Source: Bacillota bacterium
GTDB lineage: Bacteria > Bacillota > Limnochordia > Darwinibacteriales > JAAYFS01
Assembly: GCA_012728115.1 (NCBI GenBank)
Contig: JAAYFS010000036.1
Coordinates: 1,280-65,279 of the forward strand
Direction: 5' to 3'
Length of the DNA: 64,000 bases
The notes beneath the pieces were generated by a model that searched no databases, was not told the origin of the DNA, and saw nothing but the letters and a program-made list of their open reading frames with translations. The translations under genes and the position numbers were made by a program. Shown piece after piece: positions 56,107 through 64,000 of the stretch (the first letter of the stretch is position 1; the number at the start of each line of letters is the position of its first letter).

Positions 56107-57780
56107 TCACCTCACTCGCCAAACAGCAGGTCGGATCTGAGCTTTTATACTGAAAATACGACCAACCGTATAGAACCCTCGTACCACATTAAATGCTTCA
56201 TCTTCGATTATTTGAATTTCTCCATAATCAGATAACCCCATTTGTTCTGCATAAGACTCTAATTTTTCAATTGCAATACGACGGGCTTGTTTTCGATCAA
56301 AAAAAAGACGACGTTTGATTTTTTCACGATAAGCTAATTCTGGGATTATCAGACTTTCTTCTTCGGTATCAACATGCAGAGAAATGGCCAGGGTCGGTCT
56401 AGCAGCGGCTGCCCCTATTCCATTAGATCCAGCTGAGTAAGGCAGAATTTGATATGGCAGATTAAGTATTTTGGCAACTAGTGGAATAAAAACGGTGGCT
56501 GGTGCCCCTAAACCGATCACTTTTTTCGGTCTTATATCCTTTGGAGCCAGAATCTCCGAAACGGTATACACAGGAACCTTAGTTAATCTTTGATACATTT
56601 CGTGGATGGCCTCACTTAATTGGTAAGCAAATGCATCGATGATTGCTTCGGCAAGTTTTAACCAAGAATCATACTTACCTTTTGTGCGTTGTTTTAAAAC
56701 CGCGATCGCCTTTTCTTTAACTCCCAATTCCACCAAACCTAGAGCGATAGCTGCGTCAGTAGGAGTTAAAGAATCACCGCCAAGCGCTGCTGCTGTACCA
56801 GCTCGTTTGGGACCCAGGACAATATTATGTTCTTCAATGTGAACTTCACTGTCACCACCGAGCCCAATCGAATGAGTCAATAAGGCTGGTACAAGCGTTT
56901 GATATTCTCCAATCACAGCACCGTTTCTTTGATATAGTGGTTCTCCACCAACAATTACCGCTATATCGGTAGTTGTCCCACCGATATCTACCACCACAGC
57001 ATTATCAGCACAAGTCTCTACCAGTGCTAAAGCTGCCATTATACTTGCAGCTGGTCCAGATAGAATAGTTTCGATCGGTCTAAGGCAAGATTCTTTCAAA
57101 CCCATAGTTCCGCCATCAGCTTTTAGAATTTTTACATCGGATATAATTGGGTTAGTCTTAATTATCTCTTCGATCATTTGCACGAAATTTGCTTGGATAG
57201 ATGCAACACTAGCATTTAGATAAGCAGACATTATTCGCCGCGGGAAATTTGGACTGCCTGAAAGCTGATGCCCTAAGGTTATTACTTTAAACCAACCTTG
57301 TGTCTCTAATAATTCTTTCACTGCAATTTCCAAACTATTGTTTCGGTGACTGAATTTGCCGACAATAGCAATAGATTTTGTTCCATCGATTCTTAATTGA
57401 TTAGCTATCTTAAGAATTTCCTCTCGATCAATCTCCTTAACGATTCTGCCGCGGTGATCAACATAGCCCTGTATTGAATAAACTGAAAAGTTAAAGCCAA
57501 AGTCTGCTATATTCAACCCTGGTCCAGCAAGAGCTAGTACTGCAGTTGAATCCCCTTTACCTTCGACTATCGCATTAGTTGATAGCGTGGTGGATAGATG
57601 AAGCTGTACAGGATGTGCATCATTTTTGAGTTTTAGAATTTTATTTAATGCAGCTTTAGTACTAGCTAAAATATTACTATGATCTGTTGGCGTTTTTACC
57701 ATCGCCAAAACACGCTTATCTTCACTGAGCAAAGTCGCATCAGTATTCGTACCACCAACATCAATTCCAACTACCTGCAA
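56107..57780 (-). CDS. Hydantoinase/oxoprolinase-family (ASKHA-fold) protein.
   Basis: 557 aa. N-terminal VGIDVGGTNTDATLL and central VVDIGGTTTDIAVI sugar-kinase/Hsp70/actin-type phosphate motifs. 4-nt gap to the HDAC-like gene. Confidence 0.6.
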   Translation of the reverse strand: MQVVGIDVGGTNTDATLLSEDKRVLAMVKTPTDHSNILASTKAALNKILKLKNDAHPVQLHLSTTLSTNAIVEGKGDSTAVLALAGPGLNIADFGFNFSVYSIQGYVDHRGRIVKEIDREEILKIANQLRIDGTKSIAIVGKFSHRNNSLEIAVKELLETQGWFKVITLGHQLSGSPNFPRRIMSAYLNASVASIQANFVQMIEEIIKTNPIISDVKILKADGGTMGLKESCLRPIETILSGPAASIMAALALVETCADNAVVVDIGGTTTDIAVIVGGEPLYQRNGAVIGEYQTLVPALLTHSIGLGGDSEVHIEEHNIVLGPKRAGTAAALGGDSLTPTDAAIALGLVELGVKEKAIAVLKQRTKGKYDSWLKLAEAIIDAFAYQLSEAIHEMYQRLTKVPVYTVSEILAPKDIRPKKVIGLGAPATVFIPLVAKILNLPYQILPYSAGSNGIGAAAARPTLAISLHVDTEEESLIIPELAYREKIKRRLFFDRKQARRIAIEKLESYAEQMGLSDYGEIQIIEDEAFNVVRGFYTVGRIFSIKAQIRPAVWRVR

Positions 57781-57881
57781 CTTCTAAACACCACCTTCCA
57801 TCATTAATTTACCACATAATGACTCTTTAACCAAAAAATGTCCCCTCTAAATCAAAAAAAGGCGGAAGATTCTCCCTGTGT

Positions 57882-58571
57882 TTAATCATTTGAACGAACT
57901 GATTTTGGTAAATATTTTGAGATTTCCCCTACCATGTCCTGAACGGGCATTGTTTGGAGCCAAACCCTACCTGGACCAGTTAATGTCGTTAAGAATAAAC
58001 CTTCCCCACCTAAAAACATATTTTTAAAGCCTCGAACTGGTTGGATATCCATAGTAACACTTTCCTCAAATGCCCCAACCGAACCAGTTGATACCCGAAT
58101 TCTCTCACCAGGAGCTAATTCCTTCTCAACAACTTCGCCATCCATCTCAATTACCAATAGGCCGCTACCTCTAAATTTTTGCATAATAAATCCTTCTCCG
58201 CCAAAAAAACCTACTCCAAGGCGTTTTTGAAAATACAGATCGTAATCGATCGTTGTGCTGGCACAGAGAAAAGATCTCTGCTGACAAATTAATGCTTTAT
58301 CCGTTAAGTCAAAAGTCAAGATTTGACCTGGATAGGTGTGCCCGAAGGCGACTTTAGCACCATCTCTCTCAGCAGTAAAGTTTACTACAAACATACTCTC
58401 TCCAGTAAAGGTGCGTTTCATTGCTCCTAGGAAACCACCTCTCATCTCTGTTTGCATTAAGATCGCTTCATCCATCCACTGCATCGCACCAGATTGTGAA
58501 TACACCGTTTCCCCACGTTGGAGCTCGATCTCAATCATCGGCATAACAGTGCCAAATATTTGATACTTCAT
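57882..58571 (-). CDS. AIM24/DUF124 (TIGR00266) family protein.
   Basis: MKYQIFGTVMPMIEIELQRGETVYSQSGAMQWM, the typical AIM24-family N-terminus. 229 aa. Confidence 0.6.
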   Translation of the reverse strand: MKYQIFGTVMPMIEIELQRGETVYSQSGAMQWMDEAILMQTEMRGGFLGAMKRTFTGESMFVVNFTAERDGAKVAFGHTYPGQILTFDLTDKALICQQRSFLCASTTIDYDLYFQKRLGVGFFGGEGFIMQKFRGSGLLVIEMDGEVVEKELAPGERIRVSTGSVGAFEESVTMDIQPVRGFKNMFLGGEGLFLTTLTGPGRVWLQTMPVQDMVGEISKYLPKSVRSND

Positions 58572-58806
58572 TGTAATTCCTCCCACCCAACTTATTTTCT
58601 TGTTGATGCTCATGCGAATTAATTGTCGAGCGAATCACTTGTTCTTCTTACTTTTTAATTTGACTTTGCCATAATTGGTTCCTTCCAAAAAACACCTTTT
58701 GCAAAACATAAATAGAAATAGCCACTTTCATCTATAAAGGGGGATTTTTTTACTTCATCTCGAAGCAAGGATTAAAGGAAACAATTAAAAAACTCGAGGT
58801 GAAAGC

Positions 58807-60363
58807 ATGGGAACACTTTTTGTTAACGGGAAATTTTACTCAATGAACAAACAGATGGATACCTATTCGGCTATCTTGGTTAATGACGGATTTATTAAGG
58901 CAACTGGAAGCAGAGATGAACTTAAGGCGAAATACAATTTCTCGAAAGAAATCGATCTCCAAGGATACACTATCTTACCAGCATTTACTGATTCGCATCT
59001 TCATTTATTAAATTTTGGGCTGGGATTGGATAATATTATTTTGGATAATTGCACTTTAGATGAATCACTAGCAAAAGTACATGAAACAACAAAAATGGTT
59101 CCGTCAAACGAATGGATCATTGGAAGAGGCTTTAATTTTAATGATTGGGAAGAAGGTTGGCCTCAAATGAGTTGGTTGGACAAGGTAGCTCCCAACCACC
59201 CAGTTGTTCTGATTGCTAAGGATGGTCATTTAGTCTGGGGAAACCGAATCGCTTTTGAATTAGCGAATATCACTAAGGAAACCCTTGCACCTGAAGGCGG
59301 AGCAATAACTAAAGATGCTAATGGCGAACTAGTTGGAACTTTGACCGAAAAAGCGATAACATTATTGCTAAATAAAATTCCATCTCCATCTGAAGTAGCG
59401 CGAAAAAGAGCACTCGAAAAAGCGATTTCAGTTGCCTATTCTTTTGGAATTACTGCAGTACATACTATGGAAGATCGACAAACTTGGCTTGCCTTACAAG
59501 AACTAAGAGAATCGAAAGGATTGAAATTCCGGGTCCTCCTCTCTATCCCTGTCGAAGAGCTTGATTCAGCTATTAATTTAGGAATTCGGACAGGATTTGG
59601 TGACCAAATTTTACGCATCGGAAGTGTGAAAATTTTTGCCGATGGATCATTAGGTTCACGGACCGCGTGGATGTTAAAACCGTATACTGGCACTAATAAC
59701 TTTGGAATCAGAGTTACAAATGAAAATAGGTTAAAAGAAATGATCGCTAAAGCCAACAACGCGGGGCTATCAGTTGCAGTTCATGCAATCGGAGACGGGG
59801 CAAATCGAGCGGTACTTGATGCTATTGAAACTGTTGGAAATAGAAAATTAAGAAATCGAATTGAGCACGCACAGTTAGTTTCACCTGTAGATATTCCCCG
59901 CTTTGCTCAATTGAACATAGTGGCATCTATGCAACCTACTCAATGCCCTGAGGATCGCTACATGAGTGATGAGCACTGGGGAGAGCGATGTGCATTTGCG
60001 TACCCATTCCGTTCTTTACTTGATTCGGGAGCAACGCTTGCATTTGGTTCTGATGCTCCAGTAGAAAGTTGCGATACTTTACTCGGACTATATAGTGCTG
60101 TGGCTCGAAAACGGTGGAATGAAGCAGGTTCAGAATCATGGTACTTCAATCAAGCAATTTCTATTGAAGAAGCGGTAAAGGGTTATACTATTGGCGCTGC
60201 CATTGCCGCCAATGAAGAACACTATCGTGGTAAGCTTGAAACAGGTTATCAAGCAGATTTTACTATCCTTTCCCATGATATTTTTAACAATGAACCAGAG
60301 ATTCTTAAAGAAACCAAAATAGTTGCAACATACTTTCAAGGAAAAAAAGTCTTTTCTAAATAA
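58807..60363 (+). CDS. Metal-dependent amidohydrolase (Amidohydro_3 family).
   Basis: 518 aa. FTDSHLHLL metal-binding HxH, later VHAIGD and FGSDAPV motifs. Confidence 0.75.
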   Translation: MGTLFVNGKFYSMNKQMDTYSAILVNDGFIKATGSRDELKAKYNFSKEIDLQGYTILPAFTDSHLHLLNFGLGLDNIILDNCTLDESLAKVHETTKMVPSNEWIIGRGFNFNDWEEGWPQMSWLDKVAPNHPVVLIAKDGHLVWGNRIAFELANITKETLAPEGGAITKDANGELVGTLTEKAITLLLNKIPSPSEVARKRALEKAISVAYSFGITAVHTMEDRQTWLALQELRESKGLKFRVLLSIPVEELDSAINLGIRTGFGDQILRIGSVKIFADGSLGSRTAWMLKPYTGTNNFGIRVTNENRLKEMIAKANNAGLSVAVHAIGDGANRAVLDAIETVGNRKLRNRIEHAQLVSPVDIPRFAQLNIVASMQPTQCPEDRYMSDEHWGERCAFAYPFRSLLDSGATLAFGSDAPVESCDTLLGLYSAVARKRWNEAGSESWYFNQAISIEEAVKGYTIGAAIAANEEHYRGKLETGYQADFTILSHDIFNNEPEILKETKIVATYFQGKKVFSK

Positions 60364-60383
60364 AACGGGGGCTATTTTGCCCC

Positions 60384-61598
60384 CTAAATTTCTGACAATA
60401 ACCGTTTTTCCCCAGTCAATTCTCTTAGCGGTTGGATATTCTGGGAAACTTCCATTGTTCCAAGGTATTCCCCGTTTTCATCCCGTACAGCAAAATATCT
60501 GATATGGATGAATCTATCCTTCTGCTGAATCCAAAACTCTTCTACATCCTTCTTTCCTGCTTTAAAATCAGCAACGATTTTTTCGACGATATGAACACTA
60601 CCAGGAGGATGACAATTAGCGACTTTTCTGCCGATAACAGCCTTAGTCCTTTCAAAAATCCTTTCTTTGCCGTGGCTGAAATATTTTACGGTATCGTCTT
60701 TATCAACAAAAGTTATATCAAAAGGTAGATGATTAAGCATTAACTCCATTTCCTTAATCGATACTACCCCAGTTTCAAACCTAATCTGTTCCTTGCTAAT
60801 GGATTCTGGCAAAGAAACAGCTTTAATACCTACATCCTCTCGAACTGGCTCCCATTTGGCATCCTGGTTAATTAAAGTATATCCTATCTGATCACTTTCT
60901 CTGTAAATTGCGTACCATTCGTCCTCTGAAAGTGTTTCAATAGCCATCGGTAAAAGAATATTCTCTTCTTTAAAGATCATTTCATCGACGCGAACTAATG
61001 CATCCGAAACAATTTCTTTCGTTTCATTCTTTAACTCTGCATCAGATTCTACTACTTCGATTGCGTTCTTTATCTCTGCTCTAATCTCATCATCCACTCC
61101 CCACATTACTTTAGGTGGAGCGGTGATTCCGTTTTTCTCTAAATAAGGAAAGAGTAAGTTTTCTTTCCGACTATAGTGATTCTCAATCGTAAGTAGTTCT
61201 CGTAATCCTTCTAGAACGTTTGAGCGATCCTGCTGTTTCAAAGCAGGTTTTATTTTATTGTTTATTAAATCTTCAATAGCTCGATTCTCTTGTTTAAAAG
61301 TATGGACGGGATGACCAGGCTTTTCGAAAGACTGAACGGTGATCTCTTTATGAATATCCTCGATCGAACCCTTAAAAACTGCTGCATGAACATCACATAA
61401 CCTTTGGACTTCCTCAACAGGCATTCCTTCAGCAATCAGCGCTTGTTCCATCTGGGAAATTTCACTTGCTGAAACGCCTTCAATGAGTTTTTCAAATCGC
61501 CCTTTAACCTCATCAATTGTCTTTCCCGCATGTAACTCTAAAATTAGTTCCTTCAACACCTTTTGGCGATATTCCCTGTTATTGATGATTTCGGACAT
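60384..61598 (-). CDS. DUF438-domain protein (with hemerythrin-like and PAS-like regions).
   Basis: 404 aa. N-terminal YRQKVLKELILELHAGKTIDEVKGRFEKLIEGVSASEISQMEQALI, characteristic DUF438. Confidence 0.6.
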   Translation of the reverse strand: MSEIINNREYRQKVLKELILELHAGKTIDEVKGRFEKLIEGVSASEISQMEQALIAEGMPVEEVQRLCDVHAAVFKGSIEDIHKEITVQSFEKPGHPVHTFKQENRAIEDLINNKIKPALKQQDRSNVLEGLRELLTIENHYSRKENLLFPYLEKNGITAPPKVMWGVDDEIRAEIKNAIEVVESDAELKNETKEIVSDALVRVDEMIFKEENILLPMAIETLSEDEWYAIYRESDQIGYTLINQDAKWEPVREDVGIKAVSLPESISKEQIRFETGVVSIKEMELMLNHLPFDITFVDKDDTVKYFSHGKERIFERTKAVIGRKVANCHPPGSVHIVEKIVADFKAGKKDVEEFWIQQKDRFIHIRYFAVRDENGEYLGTMEVSQNIQPLRELTGEKRLLSEI

Positions 61599-61663
61599 CC
61601 TAAAACCTCCTTTTTAAAATTACTGCAGCGCTATTATTAAGCTTTTCAAAACAATCATCATTT

Positions 61664-61897
61664 TTATTCTACAATAGTATACCCTCTTGCCTGGAAAGCC
61701 TTACGAACCGAGTCTAAATCAATTCCCCTCATCCTAGCACCCTTCGGAATAGTCATTACTCGACCCACTGTAGCAATCATTTTTGGATTTGTAACCTGGT
61801 CAAATCCAAGCTCTCTCATTATTTTAATAATCTCTCTGTCATTATTCGTTAACTCAAAGATGGTTTTACGAAAATCAATTGTTTTCGCATCAGTCAA
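61664..61897 (-). CDS. DUF1858-domain small protein.
   Basis: 77 aa. TI...TVGRVMTIPKGARMRGIDLD matches DUF1858, the usual partner of DUF438. Confidence 0.55.
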   Translation of the reverse strand: MTDAKTIDFRKTIFELTNNDREIIKIMRELGFDQVTNPKMIATVGRVMTIPKGARMRGIDLDSVRKAFQARGYTIVE

Positions 61898-62084
61898 TAG
61901 GGATCCCCCCTTTTTTGGCTTTTAGGTTAATGCCTTTAAAGTTCCATTTTTACCAAGTTTTTCCCTCTTAAATGATGTGAATTATTTAAATTGAAATTAA
62001 ACACTAAGAGTTTCACCAAAGGAGGAAATTTATAGCAATAAAGAGAATAAACCCAAGGTAGAAAATAAAGAAGGAGGTGCTAGC

Positions 62085-63065
62085 TTGCAATATAGAGTTT
62101 TTGGGAAAACAGGTTGGCAAATTAGTGAGATAAGTTTCGGTGCGTGGGCAATTGGGGGTTCATGGTGTAAAGTTGATGATCAGGAAGCACTAGACGCCTT
62201 AAGAGAAGCTTTAGATCTAGGCGTCAATTTTATTGATACCGCCGATAATTATGGAAATGGACGTAGTGAAAGGCTTATTGGAAGTTTTATTGGGAATAAC
62301 GATGAAATTAAAGTAGCGACAAAACTAGGCCGACGGCTATCGCCTCATATAGCGGAAGGATATACAGAAGACAATATTAGGAGCTTTATTGAGAGTAGTC
62401 TTAGGAATCTTCAACGAGATTGCTTGGATCTTATTTAACTCCATACGCCACCTACCAAAGTGTATTACAAACCCGAAGTGTTTGAGACCCTAGACAGTTT
62501 GGTTAAAGAGGGTAAAATCCGTTACTATGGTGTAAGCGTTGAAACAGTTGAAGAAGGATTAAAGGCAATCGAATATCCGAACGTTGCTAGCGTCCAAATT
62601 ATTTTTAATATGTTTAGACATCGCCCAGCTGAAAAACTGTTGGCGGAATGTAAGGCTAGGAACGTTGCAGTTATAGCTAGGGTACCACTAGCAAGTGGCC
62701 TCCTTACGGGAAAAATCACTGCCGATACTGAATTCCCTGAAGACGATCACCGCAATTTCAATCGCTATGGTGAAAAATTCGATCGCGGTGAGACATTTTC
62801 TGGTGTAGATTTTCATAAAGGACTAAAAGCTGTGTCAGAACTAAAAGAGCTAGTACCTTCAGGATTTTCGTTAGCACAGCTTGCTCTCAAATGGATCCTG
62901 ATGCATCCCGAAATTTCGTGTACCATTCCTGGTGCCAAAAAAACTAGCCAAGTACAAGAAAACGTATCCTCGATTAATATGCCTGGGCTTTCTTCGGAAG
63001 TGATGGAGAAAGTTGCTGACATTTATAACAAATACATTAAAGAAGATGTTCATCACCGCTGGTAA
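62085..63065 (+). pseudogene. Aldo/keto reductase interrupted by an in-frame TAA (62436-62438).
   Basis: ORFs 62085..62438 and 62460..63065 are in the same frame. The junction ...RDCLDLI*LHTPPTKVYY corresponds to the AKR consensus DLxQxH, and TAA replaces the conserved Gln codon (CAA). Confidence 0.65.
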
Positions 63066-63090
63066 CTATTTTATGAGGTGAAGAAATTTC

Positions 63091-64000
63091 ATGAAAACGT
63101 TTTCAAAAAACGAGCAAGTTGTAGCTAATCTTGCTCAAAAAGAATCTTCGAAAGATGCATTGTTTGAACTAATCATTGAGAGATATTATTTAAGACTTAA
63201 TAGGTTTATCTTGTCTAAAGTGAGTAATGTTTTTGATGCCGAGGATCTAACTCAGGAAGTTTTCGAATCAGCATATAACTCAATCGATTCACTAAAAGAC
63301 CCTAATAAACTACATCTCTGGCTTTTCGGGATAGCAAATAACAAAATTAAAATGTATTACCGCAAAAAATCCAGAAAAGGCAACGTCGAAGGATTTAATG
63401 AGGAGATTCTTTATAACCTTACCGATACTCAGAATCTTCCTGATGAAGAAGTTTTAAGCGATTTTGAGCAAAGTGACCTATACAGCATCATTAAAGCTAC
63501 TCCTAAGAGGATTCGTGAACCTCTCGAACTTCAAACATTAGAAGGATATAGTTATCAGGAAATCGCGAATACCCTTCAGATACCAAAGAGCACCGTTCGT
63601 GGTAGGATTTATCAAACCAAGAAACAATTTGCTGCCAACTGCCTAAAACCATCAACACCGAAAGAGGTTAGAGAGCAAATAGCGAAATTAATTACCAAAA
63701 GAGAAAAAAACTTGTCAGGGCTTAGAGAGGAGCTTTTAAAAGATCACTTTGCTAATATCACGATGATTTCGGTTCTTGAGCCTATCAAAAACCAAACCTA
63801 TATCCAGCAAGTCTACGTTTATGAATCAGCGAAAAATGTTATATCGATTAGAATTGAACCAAATATTAAAAATGTAAACATAAAGTATAAAGACGTTGAT
63901 GCGTTAATTGCCTTTTTGCAACTAATTCCTCAGTATACCAGATGCTTCTTGGCATTTAGTGGAACCTCAATCCATTATGAGATTATTAAGCAGTTTGGCG
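63091..64000 (+). CDS. ECF-type sigma-70 factor with a long C-terminal extension, 3'-partial at the window end.
   Basis: ATG at 63091 after GAGGTGAAG. Region 2 (DAEDLTQEVFESAYNSIDSL...HLWLFGIANNKI) and region 4 (LELQTLEGYSYQEIANTLQIPKSTVRGRIYQTKKQF). An open frame continues over 110 codons beyond region 4 to the window edge, with no TM segment. Confidence 0.7.
   Translation, partial: MKTFSKNEQVVANLAQKESSKDALFELIIERYYLRLNRFILSKVSNVFDAEDLTQEVFESAYNSIDSLKDPNKLHLWLFGIANNKIKMYYRKKSRKGNVEGFNEEILYNLTDTQNLPDEEVLSDFEQSDLYSIIKATPKRIREPLELQTLEGYSYQEIANTLQIPKSTVRGRIYQTKKQFAANCLKPSTPKEVREQIAKLITKREKNLSGLREELLKDHFANITMISVLEPIKNQTYIQQVYVYESAKNVISIRIEPNIKNVNIKYKDVDALIAFLQLIPQYTRCFLAFSGTSIHYEIIKQFG

Noticed and set aside
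1-64000. CRISPR arrays, IS elements/transposases, integrases, tRNA/rRNA genes.
   Set aside because: No direct-repeat/spacer periodicity was observed, and no ORF carries DDE, serine or tyrosine recombinase motifs. Intergenic regions are short and fully accounted for by promoters and terminators. None of these feature types was found in this window.

Overview
This 64 kb window is low-GC (~38-40%) DNA from a Firmicutes-type chromosome, densely packed with housekeeping and accessory genes on both strands. Many gene pairs resemble Bacillus/Clostridium arrangements: divergent yneA-lexA with Cheo boxes, spoVK followed by a GTPase and an 'aluminium-resistance' PLP enzyme, proBA, a sigH-like sigma factor, cwlD, luxS and mtnN. 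One 236-aa secreted protein has the alternating-strand pattern and C-terminal Phe of an outer-membrane beta-barrel. That suggests a spore-forming diderm Firmicute (Negativicutes or Halanaerobiales-like); this is inference only. No rRNA, tRNA, CRISPR array or obvious transposon was seen.

Most interesting observations:
- **Fusion enzyme upstream of luxS (19481..22108, minus).** A 875-aa protein joins a class-III PLP aminotransferase to a full-length domain aligning with cyanobacterial fatty acyl-ACP reductase (AAR). The predicted chemistry is acyl-thioester -> aldehyde -> primary amine. It has its own promoter with a palindromic operator and abuts luxS.
- **Leader peptide upstream of aroF-pheA (16955..17104).** A 49-codon leader rich in Trp/Phe/Tyr is followed by an intrinsic terminator and sits downstream of a consensus promoter. 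This looks like an aromatic amino-acid attenuator.
- **Three apparently disrupted genes.** A moeA paralog carries an in-frame TAG, an aldo-keto reductase carries an in-frame TAA at a conserved Gln, and a PHP phosphoesterase has its HxH motif encoded upstream of any start codon.
- **Other features.** A terminator hairpin whose 3' arm is the cwlD Shine-Dalgarno; a perfect 20-bp palindrome in the niaX-niaR divergon; a MoeA-PBP fusion; an orphan Dam methylase beside the SOS locus; and a HEPN/MNT toxin-antitoxin pair.

Coordinates of short motifs may be off by 1-2 nt.
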